Part shown: piece by piece, positions 49,178 through 59,821 of the stretch
How positions within the stretch are numbered: position 1 is the first letter of the stretch
Layout: each line of letters begins with the position of its first letter
NCBI GenBank assembly: GCA_029259545.1
Contig: JAPHEE010000003.1
Coordinates: 10,049-74,048, forward strand
Direction of reading: 5' to 3'
DNA from: Candidatus Alkanophaga volatiphilum
GTDB taxonomy: Archaea; Halobacteriota; Syntropharchaeia; Alkanophagales; B39-G2
Length of the DNA: 64,000 nucleotides
Position numbers and translations under genes: made by a program
Notes under the pieces: generated by a model
The model's input: only the letters and a program-made list of their open reading frames with translations
The model's database searches: none
Told to the model about the DNA's origin: nothing

Positions 49178-49558
49178 ATGAGAGTGGCGAAGATGTATGT
49201 AAAGTTTGAGGTGCCTGCGGAGCTAGAGAAGAAGGCGCTTGAAGCCTTACAAACTGCAAGGGACACGGGAAGCATAAAGAAGGGGACGAACGAGACGACA
49301 AAAATCGTGGAGCGAGGACTTGCGAAGCTCGTGTACATAAGCGAGGACGTGGAACCCGAGGAGATCGTCGCGCATCTCCCACCGCTGTGCGAGGAGAAGA
49401 AGACGCCCTATATATACGTGAAGAGCAAGAAGACGCTGGGTGCAGCTTGTGGCATCGAGGTGAGCGCCGCAGCGGCGGCTATCGTCGACCCCGGGAGTGC
49501 AGAGGACATGATCAGAGAAATAACCGAAGAGTTAAAGAAAATACGGGGTGAGGGGTAA
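49178..49558 (+). CDS. rpl7ae: ribosomal protein L7Ae
   Basis: [55 protein letters not shown]. Confidence 0.85.
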   Translation: MRVAKMYVKFEVPAELEKKALEALQTARDTGSIKKGTNETTKIVERGLAKLVYISEDVEPEEIVAHLPPLCEEKKTPYIYVKSKKTLGAACGIEVSAAAAAIVDPGSAEDMIREITEELKKIRGEG

Positions 49559-49564
49559 GGAGAA

Positions 49565-49777
49565 ATGGCTGAGGAGGAGGCGACACCTGCTGAAGTCCTA
49601 GAAATCATCGGCAGGACGGGGATGCACGGTGAAGTGACGCAAGTAAAATGTAAAATCTTAGAAGGTCCGAACAAAGGACGTATAATTACGAGGAACATCT
49701 TAGGGCCCGTGCGGGTTGGTGACATCGTAGTGCTGCGGGAGACTGCACGGGAAGCAAGAAAGCTCACCGCTAGATAA
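49565..49777 (+). CDS. rps28e: ribosomal protein S28e
   Basis: [40 protein letters not shown]. Confidence 0.85.
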   Translation: MAEEEATPAEVLEIIGRTGMHGEVTQVKCKILEGPNKGRIITRNILGPVRVGDIVVLRETAREARKLTAR

Positions 49778-49791
49778 GGGGGCGGACTACG

Positions 49792-49965
49792 ATGAAGTGC
49801 TCATTTTGCCAGCGGGAGATAGAGCCGGGCACCGGTAAGATGTTCGTGCGGAACGACGGCACCGTTTTCTATTTTTGCTCCTCAAAATGCGAGAAGAACC
49901 AGATAAAGCTGCGGAGGAAGGCTAGGAAGGTGAAATGGGCGAGAAAGGCGGCAAGAGCTGAGTAG
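49792..49965 (+). CDS. rpl24e: ribosomal protein L24e
   Basis: hand-translated [50 protein letters not shown]...; below the ORF-track cutoff. Confidence 0.8.
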   Translation: MKCSFCQREIEPGTGKMFVRNDGTVFYFCSSKCEKNQIKLRRKARKVKWARKAARAE

Positions 49966-50026
49966 GCAAGCTTGGGTGAGCAGAGCGGAGTTGATCAACC
50001 ATGACGAGCGGGTAGGAGTTGGAAAA

Positions 50027-50452
50027 ATGGCGAGAGAACGAACTTTTCTAATGATAAAGCCCGAAGGCGTGGAGCGGGGGCTTGTGGGTGAGATTATTTC
50101 GAGGTTTGAGCGCCAGGGCTTCAAAATAGTGGCGCTGAAGCTCACAAGGCTCAGTAGGGAGCTTGCGGAAAGACACTATGCTGAGCATCGGGGCAAGGAC
50201 TTTTTCGAGCCTCTTGTCTCGTACATAACTTCAGGACCGGTCGTACCGTTCGTCATAGAAGGTGAGGATGCCATCAGGGTCGCTCGTGAGATGGTCGGGG
50301 CGACGGACCCAAAAAAGGCTGCACCTGGAACCATAAGAGCGGATTTCGGCATTGATGTCCAGCGCAACGTCATACACGCAGCTGACTCCCCCGAGACCGC
50401 AAGAAGGGAAATAGCAATACACTTCAGCGAGGATGAACTCATAGAGTGGTAG
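50027..50452 (+). CDS. ndk: nucleoside diphosphate kinase
   Basis: [25 protein letters not shown] and catalytic His region; start at internal ATG (ORF-track start 49976 is GTG). Confidence 0.85.
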   Translation: MARERTFLMIKPEGVERGLVGEIISRFERQGFKIVALKLTRLSRELAERHYAEHRGKDFFEPLVSYITSGPVVPFVIEGEDAIRVAREMVGATDPKKAAPGTIRADFGIDVQRNVIHAADSPETARREIAIHFSEDELIEW

Positions 50453-51783
50453 GCTTGCGAGGAGAAGAGCTTTACGATGTGCTTGCGCAAGTGAAAGCGG
50501 ACTACGTGGAGGTGAAGCTGCAGGAGTGGGAGGTTTTTAGCTTAAAGCTCTACGACGGGCAGGTTCAGGATATAAGGGCTTATGAGGACCGTAAAGTTGG
50601 CTTGAGAGCTTTAAAGAACGGCAGCTGGCTCGTCCTTTCTTCCGCCAAAGGAGAGAAGGTTTCAGACTTGGTGGAAAAGGCAAAGCGCCTTATCGCGAAG
50701 CTTCCGCATGGCGATGCCAGATTGGCGCTCGTTAGCCGACACAAAGACAGATATGCGTTAAGGAAAGAGGATATAGGTCTTGAAAGCAAAGTGGAATTTT
50801 TTAGGCAGTTAGAGAGTGTTGCGACCGAGGACGTTCTCGTGTGGAGCGTCCCGATAAGATATACAGAAGTCGTGGAGAGCAAGCACGTCATCACCTCGGA
50901 GGGCGTGGATGTCTTGCAGGAAATTCCCTTCGTGCTTCTTTCTATAACGGTGAACACTGCAACCACTTCGCACAGCCGGCTCTTCGGCGGCGTCGGCGGC
51001 TTTGCAGCCCTCGATGCCGGAAAAATTATGGAGAATGTGCGGGAAATGTGTAAAGCGGCAGTCGCTCAACTCACCGCAAAACGTGTCAGCGGGAAGTTCA
51101 AAGCAATCTTTTCGCCTTCCGCCGCCGGCACGCTTGCGGAGAAGGTAGCGCACATGCTCGAAGCCGACTTCGTTAGGGACGGCATTTCGGCGCTCCGTGC
51201 CGCTTTCGAGCGTGGCGAGCGTGTGGCGCCGGCTTTCTTCTCGCTCTCCGACGCGCCTCTCGACGGCTGCTTCTGCTTCTACAAGTACGACGACGAGGGC
51301 GTGGCTGCACGTGAGAAGAGGTTGATCGAGGAAGGCGTGCCGGAGGAGCTTATCCACAGCAGGGAGACCGCTGCGAGCTTCGAGACCGCGCCCAACGGCG
51401 GCGGCAGGGGCCCTCTAGGCGCAATGCCGATGCCAAGGACGAGCGCTGCGTTTATAAACCGCAGCGATGCGAGCTTTGACGAAATAATGGACGTGAAGCA
51501 GGGCATCTACGTGGGCGGCATCGCCGAGAGCAACGTCTCAGTTAGAGATGGAAACTTCAAAATGCTCGCTCAGGAGTGCTATCTCGTTGAGGATGGCGAG
51601 CTGAAAAAGCCCTTAGGCGCAGTAACGCTCGTGGGCAACTTACTTGAACTCCTACGTGGCATAGAGATGGTGGGCGACGACTTCGAGCTTGCGAACATAA
51701 CATTCGACGAGAAAGCCGGGCAGGTGGTACATGTCTGCAGCGGCGGCCCGCACCTGAGGGTGGCGGAGGTCAAGGTGGTCTAG
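50446..51783 (+). CDS. TldD/PmbA family metallopeptidase
   Basis: 445 aa with TldD/PmbA-like fold markers. Confidence 0.7.
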   Translation: MVGLRGEELYDVLAQVKADYVEVKLQEWEVFSLKLYDGQVQDIRAYEDRKVGLRALKNGSWLVLSSAKGEKVSDLVEKAKRLIAKLPHGDARLALVSRHKDRYALRKEDIGLESKVEFFRQLESVATEDVLVWSVPIRYTEVVESKHVITSEGVDVLQEIPFVLLSITVNTATTSHSRLFGGVGGFAALDAGKIMENVREMCKAAVAQLTAKRVSGKFKAIFSPSAAGTLAEKVAHMLEADFVRDGISALRAAFERGERVAPAFFSLSDAPLDGCFCFYKYDDEGVAAREKRLIEEGVPEELIHSRETAASFETAPNGGGRGPLGAMPMPRTSAAFINRSDASFDEIMDVKQGIYVGGIAESNVSVRDGNFKMLAQECYLVEDGELKKPLGAVTLVGNLLELLRGIEMVGDDFELANITFDEKAGQVVHVCSGGPHLRVAEVKVV

Positions 51784-52158
51784 TCCGACGTTAACGGCTG
51801 ATGCTCATCTCTAAGTGCAAAGTTCGACCAATGGGCGAATTGGGCGGGTGCGTGGGTCGTAGCCAGCGTTTGTCGGGCGAGTATGATGGTGCCGAGCCCG
51901 ACGGCAAGGTTGAGCAGGCACATCTTTGAGATATTTGAATAGGCGAAGGCAATTGTTTTACTCTAATAAAATCCTCTTTTAAGAAAAGCGATGGATAATT
52001 ATGGCGAGCCTATTTGAGAAAATTCCTTGCTTATACAGGGAGGCACACTGTCGCAAGAGCGAGCCATCCACAAACGTGGAGGTCAAGATCTTCTGAGAAG
52101 CTCCCACCTGAAAGAGTTTTAGGTTACTGCTGGAAAGGTGGAAGAAAATAATTTGAAA

Positions 52159-53454
52159 CTACACGGGAATCAGCATTCTCTCCCCTCCTTCCCAGTTCTT
52201 TGAATAGCATTCGATTCTTTTAGCTTCTAGCTCGTGTTCCGCAGCTCTAATACTTATTGGAATCGAAACGGCTGGAATCTTCTTTATTTTCACTTCTCTC
52301 TTCTCCACTATTACGGGTTTTTTCTCAATGCGTTCTATTTGAATGGGCAATGCAGCTATGTAAATTGTGTTATTCGTTAACGCTACGTCTCCGATTTCTC
52401 CATTTAGAATGTAAAAATTCAGGATTTTGCCATTTTCGTCAAACATGAACAGGATGCAATTGCTGAACCAAGCTATGAAGGTTGTTTTGTCCCGTATGAT
52501 TTTTCCTTCCAACTCGTACGTGCCAGGGGTTGGATAGGTAACGTTCACTATCCTAGCCCATACGATCTCACCATCGGAGCTGAGTTTGGCTAAAAAGGGA
52601 TAATCCTGATCGTTCAAACGCTCGTGAACCAAGCCAACGACATAAACGCAATCTTCAGCGTACACGGCGTAGAGATCTACCCAATATTTCTCCACCTCAT
52701 AAAATTCTGGAACCTTTTCACCTTCTTTCTCAGCAGCTTTTCTTTTCTCCTCAGGAATTTTAACCTTAACCTTTACTTTCTCATCCGATTTTAAGCTGGT
52801 AGCCCATTCGAGTTCTCCATCCTTGTTAAGTTTGATTACACTATTCCACCTCGTTGCGTATATTCCATCCGAAACGGATATGTCATCGTTTAGGTCTCCA
52901 AATCTGTGTCCGCTCCTCCTCAACAACTCTACCGCCCAAATTACGTTTAAATCTTCATCAGTTTTGACAATTCCATCCCTCGTGTTGAGGTATAGATACT
53001 TCCCGTCGCTTTCAATGTCAAAAACGTTCAGAATGTCTTCGTAATAAACTGGAATCGGATTCTCTCTTGTTCCTTCGTAGCCAACCCTCTTTGTCACGAG
53101 ATCTTTCACCCATACAACTTTGCTGTTTCTGATCTTAACGACATCAACGCCAGCAGCGTAAATATTGCCGTTAAAGCACTTGAGAACGTTTGAAACCCAT
53201 AGACTCCCGTTCAACGTCAGATTCCAACTATTAGCTCTGATATGCGGAATCGGCGGGCTTTCCAGACTCCTGTTTATCTCCATTATGTAGATATTTTTAT
53301 CGTCCGTTGCGATATTAATTCCTTCGATCGTTTCAAACCTGTAGTCTGGATTTCCATTAAATCTAGAAGTTGTTAGGTAGTTAACAGAAAATGTTACGGC
53401 AAATGTTGCAGCTGCAACTATTGCCAACACTAATAGCCTATTCACCTCAAACAC
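52159..53454 (-). CDS. membrane-anchored PQQ-like beta-propeller repeat protein (lower-GC gene)
   Basis: N-terminal TM, repeated ...DG.I.W...-type blades. Confidence 0.5.
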   Translation of the reverse strand: MFEVNRLLVLAIVAAATFAVTFSVNYLTTSRFNGNPDYRFETIEGINIATDDKNIYIMEINRSLESPPIPHIRANSWNLTLNGSLWVSNVLKCFNGNIYAAGVDVVKIRNSKVVWVKDLVTKRVGYEGTRENPIPVYYEDILNVFDIESDGKYLYLNTRDGIVKTDEDLNVIWAVELLRRSGHRFGDLNDDISVSDGIYATRWNSVIKLNKDGELEWATSLKSDEKVKVKVKIPEEKRKAAEKEGEKVPEFYEVEKYWVDLYAVYAEDCVYVVGLVHERLNDQDYPFLAKLSSDGEIVWARIVNVTYPTPGTYELEGKIIRDKTTFIAWFSNCILFMFDENGKILNFYILNGEIGDVALTNNTIYIAALPIQIERIEKKPVIVEKREVKIKKIPAVSIPISIRAAEHELEAKRIECYSKNWEGGERMLIPV

Positions 53455-53502
53455 CTCACTACTTATTTCTGACCGACAATGTGATTTTTCGTATCCATGG
53501 TA

Positions 53503-54246
53503 TCACCTTCCAATTACTATTATTTCATCAACTGTTTCATCAACCCTTTCCTTGCCTTGATTCCAATACAGATATACAATGCTGACTCGAACTCCTTTGC
53601 AAGCCTTAAACCCACCAATATCTATTGCATTATCCTCCCATGCAAATCCTTCCAATGAAAGGGATTCACCAGCAGCCTCAGAAGCAACGAAGAATGTGTT
53701 TTTATAGCGGGAAATGTCGTGCGAGCTTAACAGCTCTTTCAATTCCTCATCTGTAACATTTCTGTAATGCCATTCAATTCCTGCTGCATCTTCAGCATAT
53801 TCAGCAATTTCAAGCGAGAACGCATCTGCAGATTCGTTGTAGAATTTAAACACAATAGGTAACTCTGGCTTAGCTAGCGGATGGGCAATGACTTCAACAA
53901 AATATCCAGAAACAGAATACCCAATGTCGCAGAAATAGATTTTGCCATAGCGTTTCAATAATTCCTCAACCTTCTCTCTTCCTGCTTTCTCTTCAAGAAC
54001 TCTCTTTACAGCATCCAGAATGGTAGGATTTCCCTTTCCAAACAGCTTTTTTCCAAGTTGCTCGTAGCTGTAGGGTTGCGGTATTTCGACGATCGGAGAT
54101 TCTTTATCTTCTTCCCATACGCTTTTTAATTTTCCAGAAGGACCAATCTCGATATGAACCACATGAACTAGCTGGGTATAAGCTGCTACACCCACCACAG
54201 CCACGAGAAGTATTGGAACCACGAGTTTAAGTATTTTCATGATCAA
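53503..54246 (-). CDS. hypothetical membrane-anchored/exported protein (lower-GC gene)
   Basis: N-terminal TM MIMKILKLVVPILLVAVVGVAAY. Confidence 0.45.
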   Translation of the reverse strand: MIMKILKLVVPILLVAVVGVAAYTQLVHVVHIEIGPSGKLKSVWEEDKESPIVEIPQPYSYEQLGKKLFGKGNPTILDAVKRVLEEKAGREKVEELLKRYGKIYFCDIGYSVSGYFVEVIAHPLAKPELPIVFKFYNESADAFSLEIAEYAEDAAGIEWHYRNVTDEELKELLSSHDISRYKNTFFVASEAAGESLSLEGFAWEDNAIDIGGFKACKGVRVSIVYLYWNQGKERVDETVDEIIVIGR

Positions 54247-54272
54247 ACTAATAATTCTCTACTTAAATTAAG

Positions 54273-54575
54273 CTACCGTGAAGCCCCGATTTCACTTAAC
54301 ATTTTGCGAATATGCAAAGTTCGGCGAAGCCGAATTTGGGCGAAGCGAAGCCGTATGTTCGCTGTTAGGCGAAGTGCACTTTTCACTTCTCTATTTCCTC
54401 CTTCATATCTTTTGACAGTTTTGACAGGTAATAAAAAAGGAAATATAAGCCATGCTGGCATTGAAAGTGAAAATGGTAAAAACCAAAGAGGCAACTTTCC
54501 ATGAATCTTGCCAAGATATATTCCGAACTCCATAATAAGAAGGGAAAAAGTAAGAATGGCACTTAAACACAGCAC
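54273..54575 (-). CDS. possible small membrane protein
   Basis: hydrophobic ORF at the island edge; weak. Confidence 0.2.
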   Translation of the reverse strand: MLCLSAILTFSLLIMEFGIYLGKIHGKLPLWFLPFSLSMPAWLIFPFLLPVKTVKRYEGGNREVKSALRLTANIRLRFAQIRLRRTLHIRKMLSEIGASR

Positions 54576-54594
54576 AGCCTCAAAGTATCTGTTA

Positions 54595-55466
54595 ATCCAA
54601 AAAGTCCTCCGTGCTCGAAGCCCTGTCCCTGCTGCCCAGACCTAAAGACGTGCTTTACCCATGGGGGGACGAGAGAAAACTTCCTCGCCAGACTTCACGG
54701 AGGACGGAGCTCGCTCGTTTACGGCTACTCGGGAAAAGCTGAAATCGAGTACACCATAAACGGTCGCACTTGGGTTCTGGAGTTAACCGACGACGGAATT
54801 ATGAATCTCAAATTCGGTGAGGAGTTTGTCGATAACATCGCCGATGCCGACCTCGCATCCCTTCTGGGAATCGGCAAAGATGATTTGAGGAGTTGCGTCT
54901 TCTTCCTACCTCATCTCTACAGGGAAATGACCATCGCACTGGACAGAGAGGCGAAAAATCTGAAGAATCGAATCGTCAAGGATGAAGCCAACGTAAGGGT
55001 TGCGAGAGAGGTGAGCAAGTGCGTGGACGACGAATACACCGAAGTTCTTTGGGAGGAGGAAGGGCTCAGCCTCAGGAAGGAGTTTCCTGACAGGGGACCC
55101 CTCTACATAAAAATCGACGATCTCGGGGACGGGTTGAGGAAGGCGGTGAGGGTCATGCTCTTGTTGGAGGTGACGCAACCAAAATTAATCCTGTAGGACG
55201 ACTTCGAGGCTTCCGCGCATCCGAGCCTCGTGAAAATGCTGCTCGAATGGTTGAGCGAAAAGGACTGGCAGGTGGTCATAGCGACGCACAGCATAGATGT
55301 GCTCTGCGGACTGCTGGAGGTCGGGCTGGAGGACGCCACGGCTCTGCAGCTCAAGAAGTCGCCGCAGGACGGGCTGATCGGCGAAAAGCTGACGCTCGAC
55401 GAGCTGGAGGACGTTATCTACGCAAATCATGACCCACGCCTCCTTGCGGACGCACTGGGGCTGTGA
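54595..55466 (+). pseudogene. AAA15/AAA21-type ABC ATPase, 5'-truncated (Walker A lost), frameshifted, with an in-frame TAG
   Basis: ...SSVLEALSLL (post-P-loop helix) in one frame; ...KLIL[TAG]DDFEASAHP...VVIATHS (Walker B LILLDD with TAG at 55197-55199, and ATHS H-loop) in the frame of ORFs 54801 and 55230. Confidence 0.6.
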
Positions 55467-56170
55467 TTCGCATGCTCGTCATCAGGGAGCTCGGAAGCCA
55501 AAAGCCAACGTTCGTCGTTTCGACGGGAAACGGGAACTTCGAATTCGATGTGGTATCCGCCTTTGCCGAAAAGTATGACGGGAGGGGCTTGCTCTGGTTT
55601 CCGAAAATCCCCAAAGCGGGAATGAGGGTCATAGGCAGGAGAAGGGCGGCGGGCGGCGAGGTGAAGGGTCTCCCGGCGTGCAGGATAGTGAACACGTACC
55701 CGGGAAAGTACGGAATCACCTCGTTCGTATTCCTGATGGATGCGGAGCACGTAAAAAGTGCTGAGGATGTCTTAAACTACTTCAGCGAGGAGCTAAGAGT
55801 GAGAAACCTTCGACTCCAGGAGTTTGAGGAGGGCGCATTCCTGATAGAAGGGTCTGTGGGCGCTCATAAGGTGCGGGTTCATACCGCCGTGCTGGGCGAG
55901 ACCAAGTGCATCGAGGAAAACGTAGCAAGACTCGTTGAGATCGAACTCAAAATTCCGATAGATGTGGAGGGGATGAGAAGCAGGTCTGAGGGTAAGGAGT
56001 TCAAAAAGCTTCTTCGGAAAGCAGTCATGGAAGCTTTGAGGAGGCGTAGGTTGAGCGTGAAAGATTTGATAGACGGGGCGAGCGTAGAGAGTTTAGAGCG
56101 TGCTTTTCCGAGCCTGAGCAGGATTTTCAAGATCGTTGAAAAAGAATCCTTGGCGTCTGGAAACTCGTAG
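55463..56170 (+). CDS. hypothetical protein, putative partner of the ATPase
   Basis: 235 aa, GTG start overlapping the ATPase stop; no recognisable domain. Confidence 0.45.
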   Translation: MIRMLVIRELGSQKPTFVVSTGNGNFEFDVVSAFAEKYDGRGLLWFPKIPKAGMRVIGRRRAAGGEVKGLPACRIVNTYPGKYGITSFVFLMDAEHVKSAEDVLNYFSEELRVRNLRLQEFEEGAFLIEGSVGAHKVRVHTAVLGETKCIEENVARLVEIELKIPIDVEGMRSRSEGKEFKKLLRKAVMEALRRRRLSVKDLIDGASVESLERAFPSLSRIFKIVEKESLASGNS

Positions 56171-56621
56171 TGCGCCGACGCCGTCGGATTGGGGGTGCGG
56201 TGCGTCCGGTCACGGCTCCTGCGGGCTACCTTGCCGCCCCCTCTCGACCGACGCATGAAGCTCGGTCACACGCCGGCGTCGGGAAGAGGCACGACGTGAC
56301 TTGAGGCGGCTCGCAGAGCTGCTTGCTTGCCGTGATGCGACCGGCGGCGAGCGGCACGCCGCCGCAAGGAGCCTCCGGCAGAGCCGGTGCGGGGACCGCT
56401 CGGAGCCTCCCGCATTCCGCAACGCCCACGCCTTGGGGCTTGAAGCTCGTTTCCGCACACGGCGCTTCTCGGAAAGCTCTGGAGGGTTCCGCCTCGCCCC
56501 GCACCCCCACTCAGGCAGGCTCGCAGCATGCCTCACGGAAACTTCTGCGATGCGCCGGCTCGCACGCCTATCGTCCATACTTGCCTCTCAACGCTAACCG
56601 CCCTCGACGGTCGGTTCCCTC

Positions 56622-57397
56622 CTAGACCTGCCTGTACCCTTCCAAATCAACAGTTATGTGTCCGTAAAGCTTTTTCAGCTCGGAAAGCACGTCGCTTCTC
56701 GACGATAGCCCCGAGACGAGCGCCGGAATCTCGTCTCTCGGAACCTCGATCCTCGCAATCGGAAAGTGGTCCCGCACCCTTACGAGGCTTATCTCAGGCA
56801 GGGTTCTGAGGATTTCTTCAGCCTTTTCAACCCTGCGAAGCCTCTCCAACGTTATTCTTTCGTTAAGGGGGATGCGGGTTGCGAGGCACGACTCCGGGGG
56901 CTTCCCCGCCACGCTTTCATCTATCTCCGAGACGAGCCTGCGAACGTCATCCTTCGAGAGCCCAAGCTCGGCGAGCGGCGAAATGACCCCAAACTCCTCT
57001 AATGCTTTTAACCCCGGTCTTTCCTCCTTTATGTCGGAGGAGTTCGTCCCGTCGAGAATCACGGAGTATCCTGCGTCTCTTATCGCCTTAAACACCTTTC
57101 TCTTACACAAGTAGCACCGCTCCCTCCCGTTTCTGGCGATTTCGCCGTCCAAGACGCTTATCTTGATCGTTTTATGCACGATTCCGAATTTTCTGGCGAG
57201 CTCTTTCGCCTCCTTCAAGGAGCGGCGGTGGACGAATTCCGAGTCTATCGTGACGGCGTCGGCGACCCTTCTGGCGGCGAATGCGACGAGAAAGCTATCT
57301 ACGCCCCCGGAGAAAGCTACCGCCGCCCGCACGCCGCCCAAACTGCGTATGCGTCTCTCTATATAGTTCTGAAGCTCGGAAATGCTCGCCATTCCAA
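56622..57397 (-). CDS. LarE-like / TIGR00268 PP-loop ATP pyrophosphatase (sulfur-transferase family)
   Basis: [10 protein letters not shown] start, [12 protein letters not shown]-loop, CYLCKR motif; the ORF-track N-terminal extension to 57938 is GC-rich read-through and not part of the gene. Confidence 0.65.
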
Positions 57398-57968
57398 TCC
57401 CCCCATACGTTCTTCGCCGTAAAGCGGTTTCGGCTGCCGCCCTCGGGCAGCCCCGCCGCTTTCCGCTTGGGGTGCTTGCTGCTAGGGATGCCTCACAGCA
57501 GGCTGCGACGAGCACCTGCGTGCCGTCGCCCGCCGCCTCCGACGAGCCACCGCCGTGTTCCGGCGCGCACGCACGCCGTCGTGACGCCCACGGGCTCAGA
57601 GCCTTCGATTCGACATCACACGCCCCCTCCCAGTGACGTGCACGCCCCCGCTCGCATTCTGCGGCTTCGCCGCTCTTCCGGTCGCCATCGCCGAGCCGAG
57701 ACTCCTCGATGACGTGTGCGCCGCCGTATTCGGGGTTGCGTTCTGAGGGCTGCGTCGCCCCGAGGTACGCGTCGACCGCCGCGATTCCGGCGTAGGCTTC
57801 GACGCCGTTCAGCCAGACCCGCCGCATTTTGATCGGGGGGTCGGCGTGCCCGAAGTTCAGAAATTGTGAATACAACGGATAACGATCAACAGGGCTCCCA
57901 CGCCGCACGAGCTCCGTCATCCCGTCGGCGGTCACCACCGAAACGCTGCCGCCATGAAGCTTCGCCGC

Positions 57969-59273
57969 TTAAAATTTCAGCCTCTCAACGGGCGCCGAGA
58001 GCGTGAAGCTGCCCTCCAAAATCCTCCTTTTCAGCAGCTCAGCAAGCTTCTCCGCCTTGTGGCGGTCGGACTGGCGGGCGGTCACTGGCACCTCCCGCCC
58101 GCCGAGGACGACCTTCCCGAGCTCCGCCGAGAAGGCGCCGGCGACGCACGAACGCACGCACGCCCCGCAGTTGAAGCACAAAACTTCGTTTACTTTTTTG
58201 CGTGCGGCGTCGAACGCCCCCGTCGGGCAGACTTCGGAAACCTCGCAAACGTCGCACGAAATGCACTTCGAGGCGTCGAACGTCACCTTCGCCCGCTTCC
58301 AGACATCCGCATACGTTATCTCAAATATGGGCTCCCGCCCGTGGACGTCGGCGACGACGAGCTTTATCTCCGAATCCAGCCGCTTCGCGTTTTCCAGCAC
58401 CCGCTCGTTCAGTATCGGGATCGGCACCGCCCACGAATTCACGACTTCGGGACCGGCGGGGGTGACGAAGCCGCCGAGGAACTCGGGGAGCATCTCGTGC
58501 ATGTCGGCGATCCCCATGAGGTTCGGCTTCTCGGGCGTGCTCCTCGTCCCCCGCCCTATGATGAAGCCCGGAGCGCCGCTCATCAGGATTCTCGTGCCCA
58601 CGCCTATGGTTTCCAGCGTGGGGTCCTTCTCAAGCGGGTTCAGCTCGCCACATCCCGAAAACGTGAGCTCCTTAAAGGGACCCTCAAGCTCCTTCACCGA
58701 GAATATCGTGGGCACCGCGCCCTCTTTGGGATTCACGAAAGCCAAGTAGTTCCTGAAAGCGTTCCTCGTGCTGCACAGTTTCGCAAACGGGATTTCGTCG
58801 AGGGTAACCGTCGTCTCTATCCTTTTACCCTCCTTGGTTTCCACCTCGACGCTTACTTCACGGCGGAGGACGAGGTCTCTAAAAAGGTGCCCGCCGCCGT
58901 ACTTGCGGTCGCGGTGCGCCGTGCCGTAAACCATGACATCGACGACTCCAAGCCGCTCGTTCGGGCAGGGTCCGACGAACGCCGGAACGCCATTCAGGAA
59001 GACCCTCGACGCTCGCTCGAACGTGTTCGGCTCGGCGACTCGAAACGATAGTACTGCGAACGTCCCGCTCATCACGCCGCACGTCGCCGCCGTCACTATA
59101 TCAACGTCCTCGAAACGCACGTCCTCGCCGCCCCGCACCGCATCGCAGAGCTCCCTCGCCGTCATTACAACGGCTTCGCCGCCCCTTATCTTCTCGTTGA
59201 TCTCAGATATCGTCCGCCTCTTCACGCTCACCAGAGCTCCCTCCGCAATCCTCACACTTCGGATTCCTCGCAA
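57969..59273 (-). CDS. DUF39 homocysteine-biosynthesis (L-aspartate semialdehyde sulfurtransferase-type) protein with C-terminal 2x[4Fe-4S] ferredoxin domain
   Basis: DUF39-like N-domain and CISCDVCEVSEVCP...CFNCGACVRSC ferredoxin motifs. Confidence 0.7.
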   Translation of the reverse strand: MRGIRSVRIAEGALVSVKRRTISEINEKIRGGEAVVMTARELCDAVRGGEDVRFEDVDIVTAATCGVMSGTFAVLSFRVAEPNTFERASRVFLNGVPAFVGPCPNERLGVVDVMVYGTAHRDRKYGGGHLFRDLVLRREVSVEVETKEGKRIETTVTLDEIPFAKLCSTRNAFRNYLAFVNPKEGAVPTIFSVKELEGPFKELTFSGCGELNPLEKDPTLETIGVGTRILMSGAPGFIIGRGTRSTPEKPNLMGIADMHEMLPEFLGGFVTPAGPEVVNSWAVPIPILNERVLENAKRLDSEIKLVVADVHGREPIFEITYADVWKRAKVTFDASKCISCDVCEVSEVCPTGAFDAARKKVNEVLCFNCGACVRSCVAGAFSAELGKVVLGGREVPVTARQSDRHKAEKLAELLKRRILEGSFTLSAPVERLKF

Positions 59274-59750
59274 CCTCCACCTCGGAAAACTTCATGTCCC
59301 AGCCGTTGAAGAGCAGGAGCCTGTTCTTTAAGAGCTCCCCGACGCCCACGACGTATTTCACGACCTCCATCGCCTGAATGCATCCTATGACGCCGGCAGT
59401 CGCCCCCAAGACGGGAAGTGTTTCACGGGGCGGGGCTTTTGGGAAAATACATCTCAGACAAGCAATCTCCCCCGGGACGATCGTCGTAACTTGCCCGTCG
59501 AGCCCCCGGACGCCGCCGTGCACCATCGGAACGCCCCTTTTCAACGCCGCCCTGTTGAGCAAATACCGTGTCTCGAAGTTATCCATCGCATCGACGATGA
59601 CGTCCACATTCCTGGCAAGCTCGAACGCACTCTCCTCGTCTATTTTCGCTGAAAGGGCTTCGACGTCCGCTTCGGGGTTCAGCCCCCTCAGCTCCTCCTC
59701 CGCAGACCTCGCCTTCGACCTGCCAAGCGCATCGAGTAAATAAGAGCGTG
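59203..59750 (-). pseudogene. ThiF/MoeB-family E1-like gene remnant lacking the N-terminal Rossmann part, with a frameshift
   Basis: SNLHRQPLLHAL then frame change, then LLDALGRSKARSAEEELRGLNPEADVEAL...DAMDNFETRYLLN...CxxC...CEDCG; no room upstream for the missing N-terminus. Confidence 0.5.
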
Positions 59751-59821
59751 TAAGAGTGGCTAAAGGATTTTCGTAAACGCCTTAATTTATACTGGGAAAC
59801 ATCGACCATAGCCGAGACGGG

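Noticed and set aside
55197-55199. In-frame TAG as a genuine pyrrolysine codon
   Set aside because: The aligned position in Walker B (LILLDD) expects Leu, and the gene is also 5'-truncated and frameshifted, so a nonsense mutation is more likely; this cannot be excluded without knowing whether the genome encodes the Pyl system.
56622-57938. 438-aa ORF as a single protein
   Set aside because: Only the C-terminal 258 aa (from [10 protein letters not shown]) form the LarE-like enzyme; the N-terminal 180 aa are read-through of a GC-rich spacer with no protein-like features.
57954-59051. 365-aa plus-strand ORF
   Set aside because: Antisense to the DUF39/ferredoxin gene (57969-59273), which has clear domain motifs; low-complexity Arg-rich translation.
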